Shown one piece after another: positions 1 to 10,298 of a DNA stretch of 64,000 nucleotides. A program made the translations under genes and the position numbers. Below the pieces are notes generated by a model. It was not told where the DNA came from, made no database searches, and saw nothing but the letters and a program-made list of their open reading frames with translations. How positions within the stretch are numbered: the stretch's first letter is position 1; every line of letters starts with the position of its first letter. Source of the DNA: Polyangiaceae bacterium (lineage in GTDB: Bacteria; Myxococcota_A; Polyangia; Polyangiales; Polyangiaceae); NCBI GenBank assembly GCA_009781005.1, contig WQYX01000014.1, positions 1,937 through 65,936 of the forward strand, written 5' to 3'.

Positions 1-1632
1 CGCGTTGTCCGTGACCGGTCCATACGAGTCGACGGCGATGGTCACCGGACCCATGCCGAGGAAGCCGAAGGCCACGAGACCGAAGGCGAAGACTGCCGAC
101 GGATCGAAACCGCCGATCATCATGATGTGCCCGACGCCGTCGCGCGAAACCAAGTAGGCAGTGCCCATCAGACCAATGAGGACGATGCCCATCCAGTATG
201 CGCTGAAGTTACCGGCCGTGAGGCCCGACAAGATGTTGAGCGACGCGCCGCCCTCCTTCGATGAAGTGACGACTTCGCGCACGTGACCGGACTCCACCGA
301 CGTGAAGACCTTGATGAGTTCGGGAATGATCGCACCCGCCGCAGTGCCGCAGGTGATGATCGCCGAGAGCTTCCACCAGAGAGAGCTGTCGCCGCCGATC
401 TCCGGAATGAGTTGGTGCGAGACCGCGAAGGTCAGAACGATCGAGACGAAGGACGTGAGGAAGACGAGCCACGTGAGCGGCTGCTCGAAGTTCATGGTGT
501 CGGCGTTCTGATGCTTGCTCTTCGCGATCATGTCGTTGATGAAGTACGAGACGACCGACGCGACCACCATGACGATGCGCATCACGAAGATCCAGACGAG
601 GAGCTGAACCTGCACTGTTGGATTCGTCACCGCGAGGAGGATGAAGGAGATGAGCGCGACGCCCGTGACGCCGTACGTCTCGAAGCCGTCCGCCGACGGA
701 CCCACCGAGTCACCCGCGTTGTCACCCGTGCAATCTGCAATGACACCCGGGTTGCGCGCGTCGTCTTCCTTGATCTTGAAGACGATCTTCATGAGGTCCG
801 ATCCGATGTCGGCGATCTTCGTGAAGATGCCTCCGGCGATACGCAACGCCGAGGCGCCGAGCGACTCGCCGATGGCAAATCCGATGAAGCAGGGACCGGC
901 GTACTCTCCGGGGATGAAGAGGAGGATGGCGAGCATCAAAATGAGCTCGACGGAGATGAGGAGCATGCCGATGCTCATGCCGGCCTTGAGCGGAATCGCG
1001 TAGGCGGGGAACGGCTTGCCTTTGAGAGCAGCGAACGCCGTGCGCGAGTTGGCGAACGTGTTCACGCGAATGCCGAACCACGCGACCGCGCACGAACCCG
1101 CGATGCCGATGAGACTGAAGAGCAGGATGATGGCGACCTGCGCGCCCCTGCCTTCGGCGAAGTAGTGCTGCGCAAAGCCGAAGTAGTAGACGATGATGGC
1201 GCCGATGAAGAGCTCAAGGATCAAAATGAACTTGAGCTGCGTGACGAGATACGTCTTGCAGGTGGCGTAAATGAGCTCGCTTATCTCGAGCATCGACTTG
1301 TGTACGGGCGCGTTTTTTAGCTGCCCGTAGATGACGAAGCCGAAGACCATGCCGAGCGCCGAGACGACGAGGCCGACATAGAGCAGCGACGAGCCTGCCG
1401 TTCCTCCCAAGAAACTGGCGAGATGTGTGTCGCCGAGGTTCGGAACGATCAGGTTGGCCTCGCCGCCGTGATGCGTCGGGGGTGCGCTGCCTGCCGCATG
1501 AGCCGCAGCGCTTGCCTCGTGCGCGAGCGGCGCTGCGAAAGCCGGTATGACGAACAAGAACGAAAACAAAAACCCGAAAGCTCGAAAGAACCAGCTCGGT
1601 GCCCACTTCGATGCATGGATACGAGACATCAT
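1..1632 (-). CDS. hppA: Membrane-bound ion-translocating pyrophosphatase (3' end runs off window)
   Basis: Own translation of the minus strand from ATGATG at 1632: hydrophobic helices and GGIFTKIADIGSDLMKIVFKIKEDDARNPGVIADCTGDNAGDSVGPSADGFETYG. Absent from the ORF track because it is truncated. Confidence 0.93.
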   Translation of the reverse strand, partial: MMSRIHASKWAPSWFFRAFGFLFSFLFVIPAFAAPLAHEASAAAHAAGSAPPTHHGGEANLIVPNLGDTHLASFLGGTAGSSLLYVGLVVSALGMVFGFVIYGQLKNAPVHKSMLEISELIYATCKTYLVTQLKFILILELFIGAIIVYYFGFAQHYFAEGRGAQVAIILLFSLIGIAGSCAVAWFGIRVNTFANSRTAFAALKGKPFPAYAIPLKAGMSIGMLLISVELILMLAILLFIPGEYAGPCFIGFAIGESLGASALRIAGGIFTKIADIGSDLMKIVFKIKEDDARNPGVIADCTGDNAGDSVGPSADGFETYGVTGVALISFILLAVTNPTVQVQLLVWIFVMRIVMVVASVVSYFINDMIAKSKHQNADTMNFEQPLTWLVFLTSFVSIVLTFAVSHQLIPEIGGDSSLWWKLSAIITCGTAAGAIIPELIKVFTSVESGHVREVVTSSKEGGASLNILSGLTAGNFSAYWMGIVLIGLMGTAYLVSRDGVGHIMMIGGFDPSAVFAFGLVAFGFLGMGPVTIAVDSYGPVTDNA

Positions 1633-1933
1633 GTGACCCATTCCTCTCCGAGGTTCAGCGAGGGGATCGGGGATGTGACGGTGTTCCCTCGACGCCCTGC
1701 GATCTTCTCGAGGGGTTGGCCGCCGTACGAAGAAGCCTCGGCGCTGGCTCACCAGCGGCGGACCAGACACTCGCTGCCTCCCACGTCGACGCTTCAGCGC
1801 GCCTCGCCTCACGCCGGTTTTGACAGCACCGCCATGAAGTGCGCGCGCTAATAGCACGACGGCATCGAGGGTCTACTTAATCGTTGCTTGGCCTTGCCAC
1901 GCTCGTTCTAATGGAACTGGAAGAAGGTGAGTT

Positions 1934-2584
1934 ATGAACGAGAGTAATAGGCCTCCCGCTTCTGCGCCTCCCGCCTCTGCTCAGCGCGCAATGGTACGCC
2001 TTCGCGAGGGCAACCGGCGTTTCGTTGAAAACGTACGAAGCGTCGAGTCCATGCTTTCGCTCTCGGCGCGCACGAAGCTCGCCGAGGGGCAACACCCTTT
2101 CGCGATCGTTCTCACGTGCTCGGACTCACGCGTGCCGGCCGAGATCATCTTCGACTGCGGCCTCGGCGATCTGTTCGTCGTGCGCGTGGCGGGCAACGTT
2201 GTCGCACCGTCTCTCGTCGGCAGCGTCGAGTACGCGGCCACCACGTTCGGCACCTCGCTCGTCGTCGTCATGGGTCACACCCATTGCGGCGCGATCAGAG
2301 CCACGCTCGACGTCTTGAGAAAGCGCGGCGCACCCGTCTCGGACAACGTGCGAGACCTGGTGGAGCGCGTGACACCCGCCGCTGCCGAGCTTGTAGCCGC
2401 GAATCTTCCCGAGGACGAAATCGTCAAGCGCGTGACGCGCGCGAACGTTCGCGTTTCGGTGAGCCACTTGCGTCACGGCAGCAGACTTCTCGAGTCCATG
2501 GTCAATGAAGGGAAGATTGCCATCGTTGGCGCGGAGGTTTCGCTCGAGACAGGCTTCGTCGACTTTTTCGACGGCGAATTCTGA
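1934..2584 (+). CDS. Beta-class carbonic anhydrase
   Basis: CSDSRVP and GHTHCGA zinc-ligand motifs; GDLFVVRVAGN. Confidence 0.95.
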   Translation: MNESNRPPASAPPASAQRAMVRLREGNRRFVENVRSVESMLSLSARTKLAEGQHPFAIVLTCSDSRVPAEIIFDCGLGDLFVVRVAGNVVAPSLVGSVEYAATTFGTSLVVVMGHTHCGAIRATLDVLRKRGAPVSDNVRDLVERVTPAAAELVAANLPEDEIVKRVTRANVRVSVSHLRHGSRLLESMVNEGKIAIVGAEVSLETGFVDFFDGEF

Positions 2585-2601
2585 AGTATCGTCCGCGGCC
2601 C

Positions 2602-5124
2602 ATGAAGCAGACGCCGCCCGGCGACGACGAAGGCAACTTCAGGAAGGGCCGCATCGCACCGATCGCCATCGTCCTTGGCGTGCTCGCCGCGGTCGGGATT
2701 GGTGCTGCCTTTCTTTTTGCCGGCACGAAGAGTGCCGAGCAGCTCTCGGCAAAACAGATCGCAGACGAACGAAAGAATGTCGCGGTCCTGCCCATTGACG
2801 AGGCGCTTCCGAGATGGCGCGCGTGGGCGAAGAACGGCGAAGTCCCCAAGCTTCAAGAAGAAGCCTTCGCGCAGCTTGCGTGGGCAAAGGATCCGCAGGG
2901 TCTCCCGCTCATCATCAAGGGCCTCGAATCGAACGATCATCGCGTCCGCGCCACGGCCGCGACGGCGCTTCTCGAGTATGGCTCGCCCGCCGCCGACGGC
3001 GCGAAGCCAGCCCTCCTCAGAGCTCTCAAAGAATCGACCGACGGCGACAGGCCACAAATTGCTTGGGCGCTCGCGGCGCTGCACGAAACCTCCGCGTTCG
3101 ACGACGTCATGGCGTCGTATCGCGTGGGTCACCTCGCGAAGGTCCAGTATCTCGACGGCCGTCCGGCGTTCGATCCCGAAGTCCTGGCCGCCATGGTGCC
3201 CATCGACAAACTCGCGAGTCTCGCCGGCGACCAGAGCGAAAGCGTTCGTCAGCTCGTTGCAGTCGCTCTATCTCAAAACGCAGATCCGAAGTTCACGGGC
3301 ACCCTCATCAAACTCGTGGAGGACAAATCCGTCGAGGTCGCGCGCGAAGCCGCGGTCGGACTCGGCAGAGTCGGTAGCGAGCAGGCAATGCAGCCGCTGC
3401 TCTCTGCACTCGAGAGAGCCGACAAAGACTCGCGCCAGAAGTTTCTCGAGGCGCTGCGCGACGGTGTGGGTGGCAGAGGCCTCGTGCTCGCCCTGCGTGG
3501 TGTCAACAAGAGCAACCGCGACGTCGAGAAATATCGGACGAAACAGATCTTCGAGATGTTGAGGGCGCTCGAAGATCCGCGCGCGGGAGATTTGCTTGTA
3601 GAATACATAAATACGGCGCAGAACCCGCACTGGAAGACCGAGGCCGCTCTGCGGCTCGCGGAGATCGGCGATCTGCGCGCGCTGCCCACGCTCGGCTGGC
3701 GCATGAAGCAAGATCCGCTGACCCTCTACAATAAGGATCTCGATCCCGAGTACCGTATGGATGATGGCGAGCGCGTCGTCTCCGCGCGCATGCTCGCGGA
3801 TCTCGCTGTCCTCTACCCAGACAAGCGCGCCGACATTCGTGCGGCCGCCTACGATGGCGTCTACTCGTGGCTCACCGAAAAGCCGCAGCCGCACGCCAAC
3901 GGCCTGCGCTTCATCGCGGCATCGGACGCGAAGGAGGCGCTGCCGAAGATGCGCGCGTGGGCGAACCCTTCATTGCCACTGCCAAAGGAGGGGCAGCAAG
4001 TGTCGCCGGACCCCGCGTGGGGCACCGCGCAGAGCGCGCTCCGCTACGGCGGTTGGATGCAGGATGCACAGATTTGGCCGATCCTCGATCGACAGCTTCG
4101 CCGCCGACCCGACAACGTCGATGCATCCCTGGAATCCCTGTTCCAGGGCGGCATAGCCGTTTTGGGGATGACGTTGCGCGCCCTCGGTTCTGGCGCCGCA
4201 GATGGCTTCGCGCAATGGGGCGACCCCAAGGCATATCCTTTACTTGTAAAGCACATTGAAGATCGGCGGAACAACGAGCAGTCGCGCATGCAGGCGTGCT
4301 TCTCGCTCGGCTGGGTCGCAACGAGCATTCAAATGAAGGAGGTCGTGAAGAAGGTTCACGACCTCGACAAGGCCGATCCAAAGACGCAGTTCACTCGTAG
4401 CTGCTACCTCGAGAGCTTGATCCGCCACCCGGTTCCCGAGGCAACCGCGGGGCTCGTCGATCTCCTCGACGACAGACTCGATCTCGAAGTCCGTCACCAG
4501 GCGGCGCGCGCCATCGGCTTCGGTGGTGTAACGAAGCAGATTCAATCCCAGCTCTTCGAGAGGCTTTCGGATCCATCGGTGCGCAACGACATCGCGCTTG
4601 CGCTCTTGCTCGGCGGCGACGAGGACACGGTGCGCCGCATGATGGGATCCTTCAACAACGTCGATCCGGCGGGGCTCGAAGAGCTCAAAGTCATTTACAA
4701 CCAGACCTTCGGCTACTGGAGCGATCGCAATTACGAGAACGGCGACGTCGCGCGTTGGATCCGCAACGCGAACGTTGCCTCGCGCGCGAGCGTGCGCGAG
4801 GTGCTCCAAGACTGGCCAAGACTCATCCTCGCGCGGGCCATGCAGGGCATCGACTACGATAACGGTCCTCACTCCGTCACGCGCGTGCAGATGCGCGTGC
4901 GCCTCTTGCGCGACGCACACGGCGCAGACGCGCAGAGGCGCGACGACGCGATCGCGATCCTGAAGTTCATGGGCGAGAAGGGCGTGCTCATGGCGCTCAA
5001 GAGCGAGCCCGGCCACGTCCAAGAGCAGGCGCAAAGGGCGCTCTTCGAACTCATGAACCCGAAGTCCTCGACCGAGGCGTTACCCGAGGCAACGGATGCG
5101 AAGACCAAGGGCACCGCGCACTGA
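2602..5124 (+). CDS. Single-TM HEAT-repeat protein
   Basis: N-terminal TM (IAIVLGVLAAVGIGAAFLF) followed by HEAT-like units (VRATAATAL, VRQLVAVAL, VAREAAVGLG, VRHQAARAIG). Confidence 0.8.
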   Translation: MKQTPPGDDEGNFRKGRIAPIAIVLGVLAAVGIGAAFLFAGTKSAEQLSAKQIADERKNVAVLPIDEALPRWRAWAKNGEVPKLQEEAFAQLAWAKDPQGLPLIIKGLESNDHRVRATAATALLEYGSPAADGAKPALLRALKESTDGDRPQIAWALAALHETSAFDDVMASYRVGHLAKVQYLDGRPAFDPEVLAAMVPIDKLASLAGDQSESVRQLVAVALSQNADPKFTGTLIKLVEDKSVEVAREAAVGLGRVGSEQAMQPLLSALERADKDSRQKFLEALRDGVGGRGLVLALRGVNKSNRDVEKYRTKQIFEMLRALEDPRAGDLLVEYINTAQNPHWKTEAALRLAEIGDLRALPTLGWRMKQDPLTLYNKDLDPEYRMDDGERVVSARMLADLAVLYPDKRADIRAAAYDGVYSWLTEKPQPHANGLRFIAASDAKEALPKMRAWANPSLPLPKEGQQVSPDPAWGTAQSALRYGGWMQDAQIWPILDRQLRRRPDNVDASLESLFQGGIAVLGMTLRALGSGAADGFAQWGDPKAYPLLVKHIEDRRNNEQSRMQACFSLGWVATSIQMKEVVKKVHDLDKADPKTQFTRSCYLESLIRHPVPEATAGLVDLLDDRLDLEVRHQAARAIGFGGVTKQIQSQLFERLSDPSVRNDIALALLLGGDEDTVRRMMGSFNNVDPAGLEELKVIYNQTFGYWSDRNYENGDVARWIRNANVASRASVREVLQDWPRLILARAMQGIDYDNGPHSVTRVQMRVRLLRDAHGADAQRRDDAIAILKFMGEKGVLMALKSEPGHVQEQAQRALFELMNPKSSTEALPEATDAKTKGTAH

Positions 5125-5701
5125 CGTCGGGCTGGTCGCGATAGCGGCCAGCATCCTTGGCTGCGGCGGTTCGTCTTATGTCGCAAAGGATCCGGGCGCT
5201 GGCCTCGTTGCAAAGAACGTCGCGGGACGAGACGGCACCGTCATCGCGGTCGCGTGCACGCCAACGGGCCCCGAGCTTTGCTTCAACGCGAACGACGACA
5301 ACTGCAACGGAGTCATCGACGAAGGTTGCGGTTCGGCCACGGGCGTCCTGCAATTCATGGCGGCATGGGGCGACAGCCCGGCCGACGTCGATCTCGTTGT
5401 CACCGATCCGGCGGGCAGCAAGATCACTCGATCCTCCCCCGAGACCGCCTCAGGCCTCAAACTCGATAAAAGCTGTCCTGAAGACTGTCACGGCCAGAAC
5501 ATCGAAAACGTGTATTTTGCAGGCAACGATCCTCCACGCGGTCGCTACGTCGTCGAGGTGAAGCTCGTTGACGCGCGCGGCGCGGAGCTGCCCGTGAAGG
5601 TGCACCTGTCGGCGCGCGTTGGCAGTCGCACGTTCTCGACCGATCTGACGCTGTCGCCGGACCAAGGTGAGGACAAGCGAGGCTTCACCTTCGAGTTGTG
5701 A
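5096..5701 (+). CDS. Lipoprotein with MopE-like Cys repeat and YfaP/DUF2135-like domain
   Basis: Lipobox ILGC; ELCFNANDDNCNGVIDEGC; WGDSPADVDLVVTDP and ENVYF motifs. Confidence 0.72.
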   Translation: MRRPRAPRTDVGLVAIAASILGCGGSSYVAKDPGAGLVAKNVAGRDGTVIAVACTPTGPELCFNANDDNCNGVIDEGCGSATGVLQFMAAWGDSPADVDLVVTDPAGSKITRSSPETASGLKLDKSCPEDCHGQNIENVYFAGNDPPRGRYVVEVKLVDARGAELPVKVHLSARVGSRTFSTDLTLSPDQGEDKRGFTFEL

Positions 5702-6755
5702 GCGGCGTCCCGCCGAATGGACTCGCCATCGGCAATGGCGAGAACGCGGGAGCGGGAGGCGGCGTCGTGATCGCGGGTGGCGCGATCCCCGGCGGTGCGG
5801 TTGCGGGCGGAGGGGTTACGCCAGTCGTCGTGACGTTCGGCGAGGTGGTGCGCGCCGCTTCGACTGTGCTCAAGTCGGCTTGCGTGCCGGCGCCACTGAC
5901 GCCGTAGAAGACGACACCCGGCGGGAGAGTGCGCTCCGTGGTGAAGTGGCCAGCGCCCATGGATGGATCGGGCGGACCCATCGACGAAGCGGACCAGAAC
6001 GGCGCTTCGGTCGTAAACTGCCCGGCACCCGATGAGAAGGATGGCGGCTCGGGGGTGAGCGTGGCGCTTGCGCGCTGCTCTTCTTCGCGTGTTGGCTCTT
6101 CGCGTGTTGGCCCGCCGGCACTCTCGGGCTGCGACTGCCCGCCGTCGGGCGACGCTTGCGCGGGTGACGGTTGCGGCGGCTCCTCTGCTGCGTGTTCTTC
6201 TTGTCGCCGCGCTTCTCGCTCGTCTTCGATCTGTGTCAGAGCCTTTGCGATTTCCGCGGCGAGCCCCTCTTGCGCCTCGGGTCGGTTGTTCGCGTCGTTG
6301 TTGGCGTGCGACGCGTGACCTGCAACCGGTGGCATGCGCGCCATCTGCGCATTGGCGTCCTCGAGGACGCTCGCGAGATCACGACCTTCCGGAACGGCAG
6401 CTTGGTCATCCGTAACCGGCGCGGGCTCCGCCGCTGGCGGCGCGTTGTTCATCGGCTCCTGCGGGAGCTCCGCTGACGTGAGGTTGGTGATTCCGATGGC
6501 ACCGGGATTCGTTGGCGGCTTTGCGGCTCCTTCGCTCGGGGACGCGCCTGCGTAGTTCGCGGCAACGGTCTCGGTGATTTCGAGCGACCTTGCACTCTGT
6601 GCATGATGCAGACGATCACGCTCGGCGCACGATCCGACCGCAAGTGCAGCGGAGCCAGCGGTGGCCGCTCCGGACACGAGAACAGTCAGCGCGGTGATAA
6701 CGTGTCCCCGCAGAAGCGATGAAGGCGAGGAAGCCATGCCGCAAGCGGGCTGCAT
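5685..6755 (-). CDS. Pro/Glu/Ala-rich membrane-anchored or secreted hypothetical protein
   Basis: 356-aa ORF, N-terminal hydrophobic segment, low-complexity body, internal repeats PTREE x2 and GAG(Q/H)FTTE x2. Confidence 0.55.
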   Translation of the reverse strand: MQPACGMASSPSSLLRGHVITALTVLVSGAATAGSAALAVGSCAERDRLHHAQSARSLEITETVAANYAGASPSEGAAKPPTNPGAIGITNLTSAELPQEPMNNAPPAAEPAPVTDDQAAVPEGRDLASVLEDANAQMARMPPVAGHASHANNDANNRPEAQEGLAAEIAKALTQIEDEREARRQEEHAAEEPPQPSPAQASPDGGQSQPESAGGPTREEPTREEEQRASATLTPEPPSFSSGAGQFTTEAPFWSASSMGPPDPSMGAGHFTTERTLPPGVVFYGVSGAGTQADLSTVEAARTTSPNVTTTGVTPPPATAPPGIAPPAITTPPPAPAFSPLPMASPFGGTPLTTRR

Positions 6756-6768
6756 CCCACATGCCTCT

Positions 6769-6891
6769 GACCGCTTTCGAGTTGACGCGAGATCGAGGCG
6801 GGGCCGAGGAGCGGACCGGAACAGCCTGCTTCGGCTTTGAGGACCGCACCGCAGGCCCTAACGACGAGATCGCGTCAAATCGAAAGCGGTC
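6769..6891 (-). mobile_element. 123-bp MITE-like palindromic element, copy 1
   Basis: Ends GACCGCTTTCGAGTTGACGCGA / CGCGTCAAATCGAAAGCGGTC; near-identical to the reverse complement of the copies at 23944, 49690 and 57677. Confidence 0.9.
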
Positions 6892-6930
6892 GCATTGACG
6901 GAGCAGAGCGACTCCTTCTAGGAGGGGGGT

Positions 6931-9258
6931 GTGAATCCGGCTGTCATGCTCATCCTCCTCGTCGGTGCCTTGGCCGTCTTTTTCTGGTCTGCACTGCGCC
7001 GCTGGCAGTTGTTGCGTGTGGGCAAATTCACGAATCGATTCGATCGGATTCCGGAGCGTATCTCGGCAGTCCTCCGCTACGCGTTCGTCCAAGAAAAGAT
7101 GGCGTATTACCAACCTGCGGGCTGGGCGCACAAACTGATATTCTTTGGATTTCTCATCCTTCTTTTACGCACGCTGGTGCTCTGGGGGCGCGGCTTCGAC
7201 CCGAGCTGGAACTTGTTCGTGCTCGGACCCACGCAGCCGCTCGGCAAGGTCTACGAGTTCGCGAAAGACGTCTTCGCCATTCTCGTTCTCATCGGCACGA
7301 GCGTCTTTTTCTACTACCGCCTCATCAAACCGCAGAAGCGGATGACCCTTAGCGGCGAGGCGCTGCTCATCCTCGGCATCATCGCGAGCATGATGATCGC
7401 CGACATCGTCTACGACGGCGCGACGCTCGCTCTCGCATCGAAGCAACCAGGGAGTTGCATCGCGGGAACGCCGGCATCTTTCGGGACACAATGCAGGGCG
7501 ATCGCCAAGCTCCTCGCGCCATTCGCGGCCAGCGCGGACGGTGCGCACGCCGCGGTCGCGAGCGGTCACCCCGGCCCTTCGTGGTTCCCGTCACCGGCCG
7601 GATCGCTCATGTCGCTCCTCTTGCACAGGCTTCCGCCGGGTGCGCTCATCGGCTTCGCGCACGCAGGATTCTGGGCGCACTCAGCGCTCGTCCTCCTCTT
7701 CTTGAACATTCTTCCGTACAGCAAACACTTCCACATCATCACGGCGATACCGAACGTCTTCTTCAAAGACCTCGAGCCGCGCGGACGTCTCGAACCCATG
7801 GGCACGGCCGAGCAGCTCGTCGACAAACTCACGGCTGCATCCGAGTTGCCTGATCCGACGAAGGCGCCCGTTGGCCTCGCGAAGGTCGAACACCTCACGT
7901 GGAAAGCCATTGTCGACTTTTACACGTGCACCGAGTGCGGTCGCTGTTCGGACAATTGCCCTGCGCACAAGACCGGCAAAATCCTCTCGCCGAAGCATCT
8001 CACGCTCGCACTGCGCGATCACTTGTACGAGCACCAACCGGAGTTCGCCGCGCAGGAGATGCAGTGGGGGCCGCGCGTGGACGACGCAGCAGCCGCAGGC
8101 GCCGACGTTGCCGCCAACGTCGAGCGCGCGGCCGACGAAGCGGAAGGCGCCAGGCGCCCGCTGCAATACAACCCCGTCGATCTCGTTCCCGAGATCCTTC
8201 ACCCCGACGTGCTCTGGGGCTGCACGACGTGCCGCGCATGCGAGGAGCAGTGCCCGGTGCTCATCTCGTACGTCGACAAGATCGTCAGCATGCGCCGAAA
8301 CCTCGTGATGATCAAAAACGAGTTTCCGCACGAACTCCAGAAGCCGTTCCAAGCCATGGAGGTCAATGGCAATCCGTGGAACCTCTCGCGCATGGATCGC
8401 GCGGCGTGGTCCGACGGCCTCGATATCCCCACGTTTGCCGACAAACCGACCGCCGAGGTTCTCTACTGGGTTGGTTGCGCGGCAAGTTACGACGACCGCG
8501 CGAAGAAGATCGCGCGCGCAACCGCGCGGTTGCTCAAGCAGGCGGGCGTCGATTTCGCGATCCTCGGTCAGGAGGAATGCTGCACGGGAGATCCCGCGCG
8601 GCGCGCCGGCAACGAGATGCTCTTCGCCATGCTCGCCGAGAGCAACGCCGCCGTCCTCAACTCGTACAAGGAGAAGGGCGGAATGAAGACCGTCGTGACA
8701 GCGTGCCCGCACTGTTTCAACACTCTGAAGAACGAGTATCCGGATTTTGGTGTGAAGCTCGAGATCGTTCACCACACGGATTTCTTGATGGGCCTCATCG
8801 CGTCGCGTCGCCTCGTGCCGAAGAGGCCCGTGGAGGGGCGCATCGTCTTCCACGACAGTTGCTACCTCGGTCGGTACAACGATGTATATGAGTCGCCGCG
8901 CGAGATCCTGCGCGCGATCCCCGGCGTCGAACTCGTCGAACCGGATTACTGGACGAAGACGCGCGGCCTCTGCTGCGGCGCGGGCGGCGCACAGATGTGG
9001 ATGGAAGAGCAGAACCAAAATCGAGTGAATGTAAAGCGCACGCTTCAACTCGTTGATACAGACGCCAAGACCGTTGCGAGCGCGTGCCCGTTCTGCATGA
9101 CGATGCTCACCGACGGCCTAAAGAGTCAGAACCTCGAGGATCGCATTCAACAGATGGACGTCGCAGAGCTGCTCGACCTGAGTTGCTCCGACGACAAGCC
9201 GACCTCACCTTCGGACGAAAATCCCCCACGAGTCGCCGACGCGGTCCCGGCGGAGTGA
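6931..9258 (+). CDS. Membrane Fe-S oxidoreductase (FadF / HdrD-GlpC-like; TM domain, two 4Fe-4S clusters, CCG domains)
   Basis: CTECGRCSDNC, CTTCRACEEQC, CCTGD, CCGAGG, ACPFC motifs. Confidence 0.9.
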   Translation: MNPAVMLILLVGALAVFFWSALRRWQLLRVGKFTNRFDRIPERISAVLRYAFVQEKMAYYQPAGWAHKLIFFGFLILLLRTLVLWGRGFDPSWNLFVLGPTQPLGKVYEFAKDVFAILVLIGTSVFFYYRLIKPQKRMTLSGEALLILGIIASMMIADIVYDGATLALASKQPGSCIAGTPASFGTQCRAIAKLLAPFAASADGAHAAVASGHPGPSWFPSPAGSLMSLLLHRLPPGALIGFAHAGFWAHSALVLLFLNILPYSKHFHIITAIPNVFFKDLEPRGRLEPMGTAEQLVDKLTAASELPDPTKAPVGLAKVEHLTWKAIVDFYTCTECGRCSDNCPAHKTGKILSPKHLTLALRDHLYEHQPEFAAQEMQWGPRVDDAAAAGADVAANVERAADEAEGARRPLQYNPVDLVPEILHPDVLWGCTTCRACEEQCPVLISYVDKIVSMRRNLVMIKNEFPHELQKPFQAMEVNGNPWNLSRMDRAAWSDGLDIPTFADKPTAEVLYWVGCAASYDDRAKKIARATARLLKQAGVDFAILGQEECCTGDPARRAGNEMLFAMLAESNAAVLNSYKEKGGMKTVVTACPHCFNTLKNEYPDFGVKLEIVHHTDFLMGLIASRRLVPKRPVEGRIVFHDSCYLGRYNDVYESPREILRAIPGVELVEPDYWTKTRGLCCGAGGAQMWMEEQNQNRVNVKRTLQLVDTDAKTVASACPFCMTMLTDGLKSQNLEDRIQQMDVAELLDLSCSDDKPTSPSDENPPRVADAVPAE

Positions 9259-9274
9259 TAAGCCTTTACGCGAG

Positions 9275-9466
9275 ATGGCATGTTGTCCGATTTGCAACGC
9301 CGACGCAAAAACACGAGAGAGCAACGCGGCATTCCCATTCTGCTCGCCTCGTTGCCGGACCATCGATCTCGGCAAGTGGTTGAACGAAGATTATCGCATG
9401 CCGGTGGAAGACGATGTGGCCGGTCCGGCCAGCGCGGCACCACCCGCCAATGATGATGAATCGTGA
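9275..9466 (+). CDS. yacG: DNA gyrase inhibitor YacG
   Basis: CPIC...FPFCSPRCRTIDLGKWLNEDYRMP. Confidence 0.92.
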   Translation: MACCPICNADAKTRESNAAFPFCSPRCRTIDLGKWLNEDYRMPVEDDVAGPASAAPPANDDES

Positions 9467-9500
9467 GAAAAACGCGTTTTTTGTGAGACACTGACAAGCC

Positions 9501-10298
9501 ATGTGTCGCTCGTTCGGATTGCTTGCGCCTCTCTTTGTTTCATCGCTGCTGTTCATCTCGTCGCAGGCTCGGGCGCAAGAGATCGCGCCGCCACCACCGA
9601 TCGATCCCGGGGTTCTCGGGGCGCCTGCGGGATCGGATGCACCATCACCGGGCACCGCAGCGACCATCGCGCAACTCGACGAAGCCGAGCGACGAGACTC
9701 GGGGCGCAAGCTCGAAGTGTTTTGGATCGATGGCGAGGTGGGTGGCTCTTACGTCAACATGGCGCAGCTCTCGTCGAAATCGCTCGGCATCGAGCAGACG
9801 AAGTCGGGTGGCCCCATGTTCGGCCTTGGCGCGGGTGCGCGGCTTCTCGCCTTCATCCTTGGCGCGCGCGTTCGTTACAACGCTCTCAGCGCTTTCAACA
9901 TGTGGCAACTCAATGGCGAAATTGGTTTCAAGATCCCGTTTCGCAAATTCGATTTCGGCATCACCGCGCACGGCGGTTACTCCTTCGTGGGCCAGCTCGG
10001 TGATGCGGACTTCGCCATGTCAACCCCCACGAACACCAGCGCCATCAAAGTTCGCGGGTTCAACGCAGGCCTCAATATCGTCCTCGACTACTACATCACG
10101 TCCATGTTCTCCGTCGGCGTCGTCGGCTTCGGCGACTTCCTTTATTTGAAGCGACCGCCGCTCGACGTGCCCGCTGGTCTCACACCCGCAGAGCAAGCGG
10201 AAATCGATAACAATCCTTCGCTCTACCAAAAATCCGGTACGACCGCGGGATTGCAATTCGGCGGTGCACTCCGCCTTGGACTGCACTTCGGGATCTAA
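9501..10298 (+). CDS. Exported protein, probable outer-membrane beta-barrel
   Basis: Signal peptide, amphipathic strands, C-terminal LRLGLHFGI. Confidence 0.6.
   Translation: MCRSFGLLAPLFVSSLLFISSQARAQEIAPPPPIDPGVLGAPAGSDAPSPGTAATIAQLDEAERRDSGRKLEVFWIDGEVGGSYVNMAQLSSKSLGIEQTKSGGPMFGLGAGARLLAFILGARVRYNALSAFNMWQLNGEIGFKIPFRKFDFGITAHGGYSFVGQLGDADFAMSTPTNTSAIKVRGFNAGLNIVLDYYITSMFSVGVVGFGDFLYLKRPPLDVPAGLTPAEQAEIDNNPSLYQKSGTTAGLQFGGALRLGLHFGI

Noticed and set aside
283-1320. Long ORFs antisense to or overlapping real genes (also 7681-9048, 13039-15627, 19242-20639, 35993-37129, 38863-40038, 46547-47602, 57783-59222)
   Set aside because: Shadow ORFs expected in high-GC DNA; no recognisable motifs.
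1633-1933. Possible fluoride or Na+ riboswitch or sigma54 promoter upstream of hppA
   Set aside because: No convincing consensus; the GG/GC spacing found is 9 rather than 10 nt.
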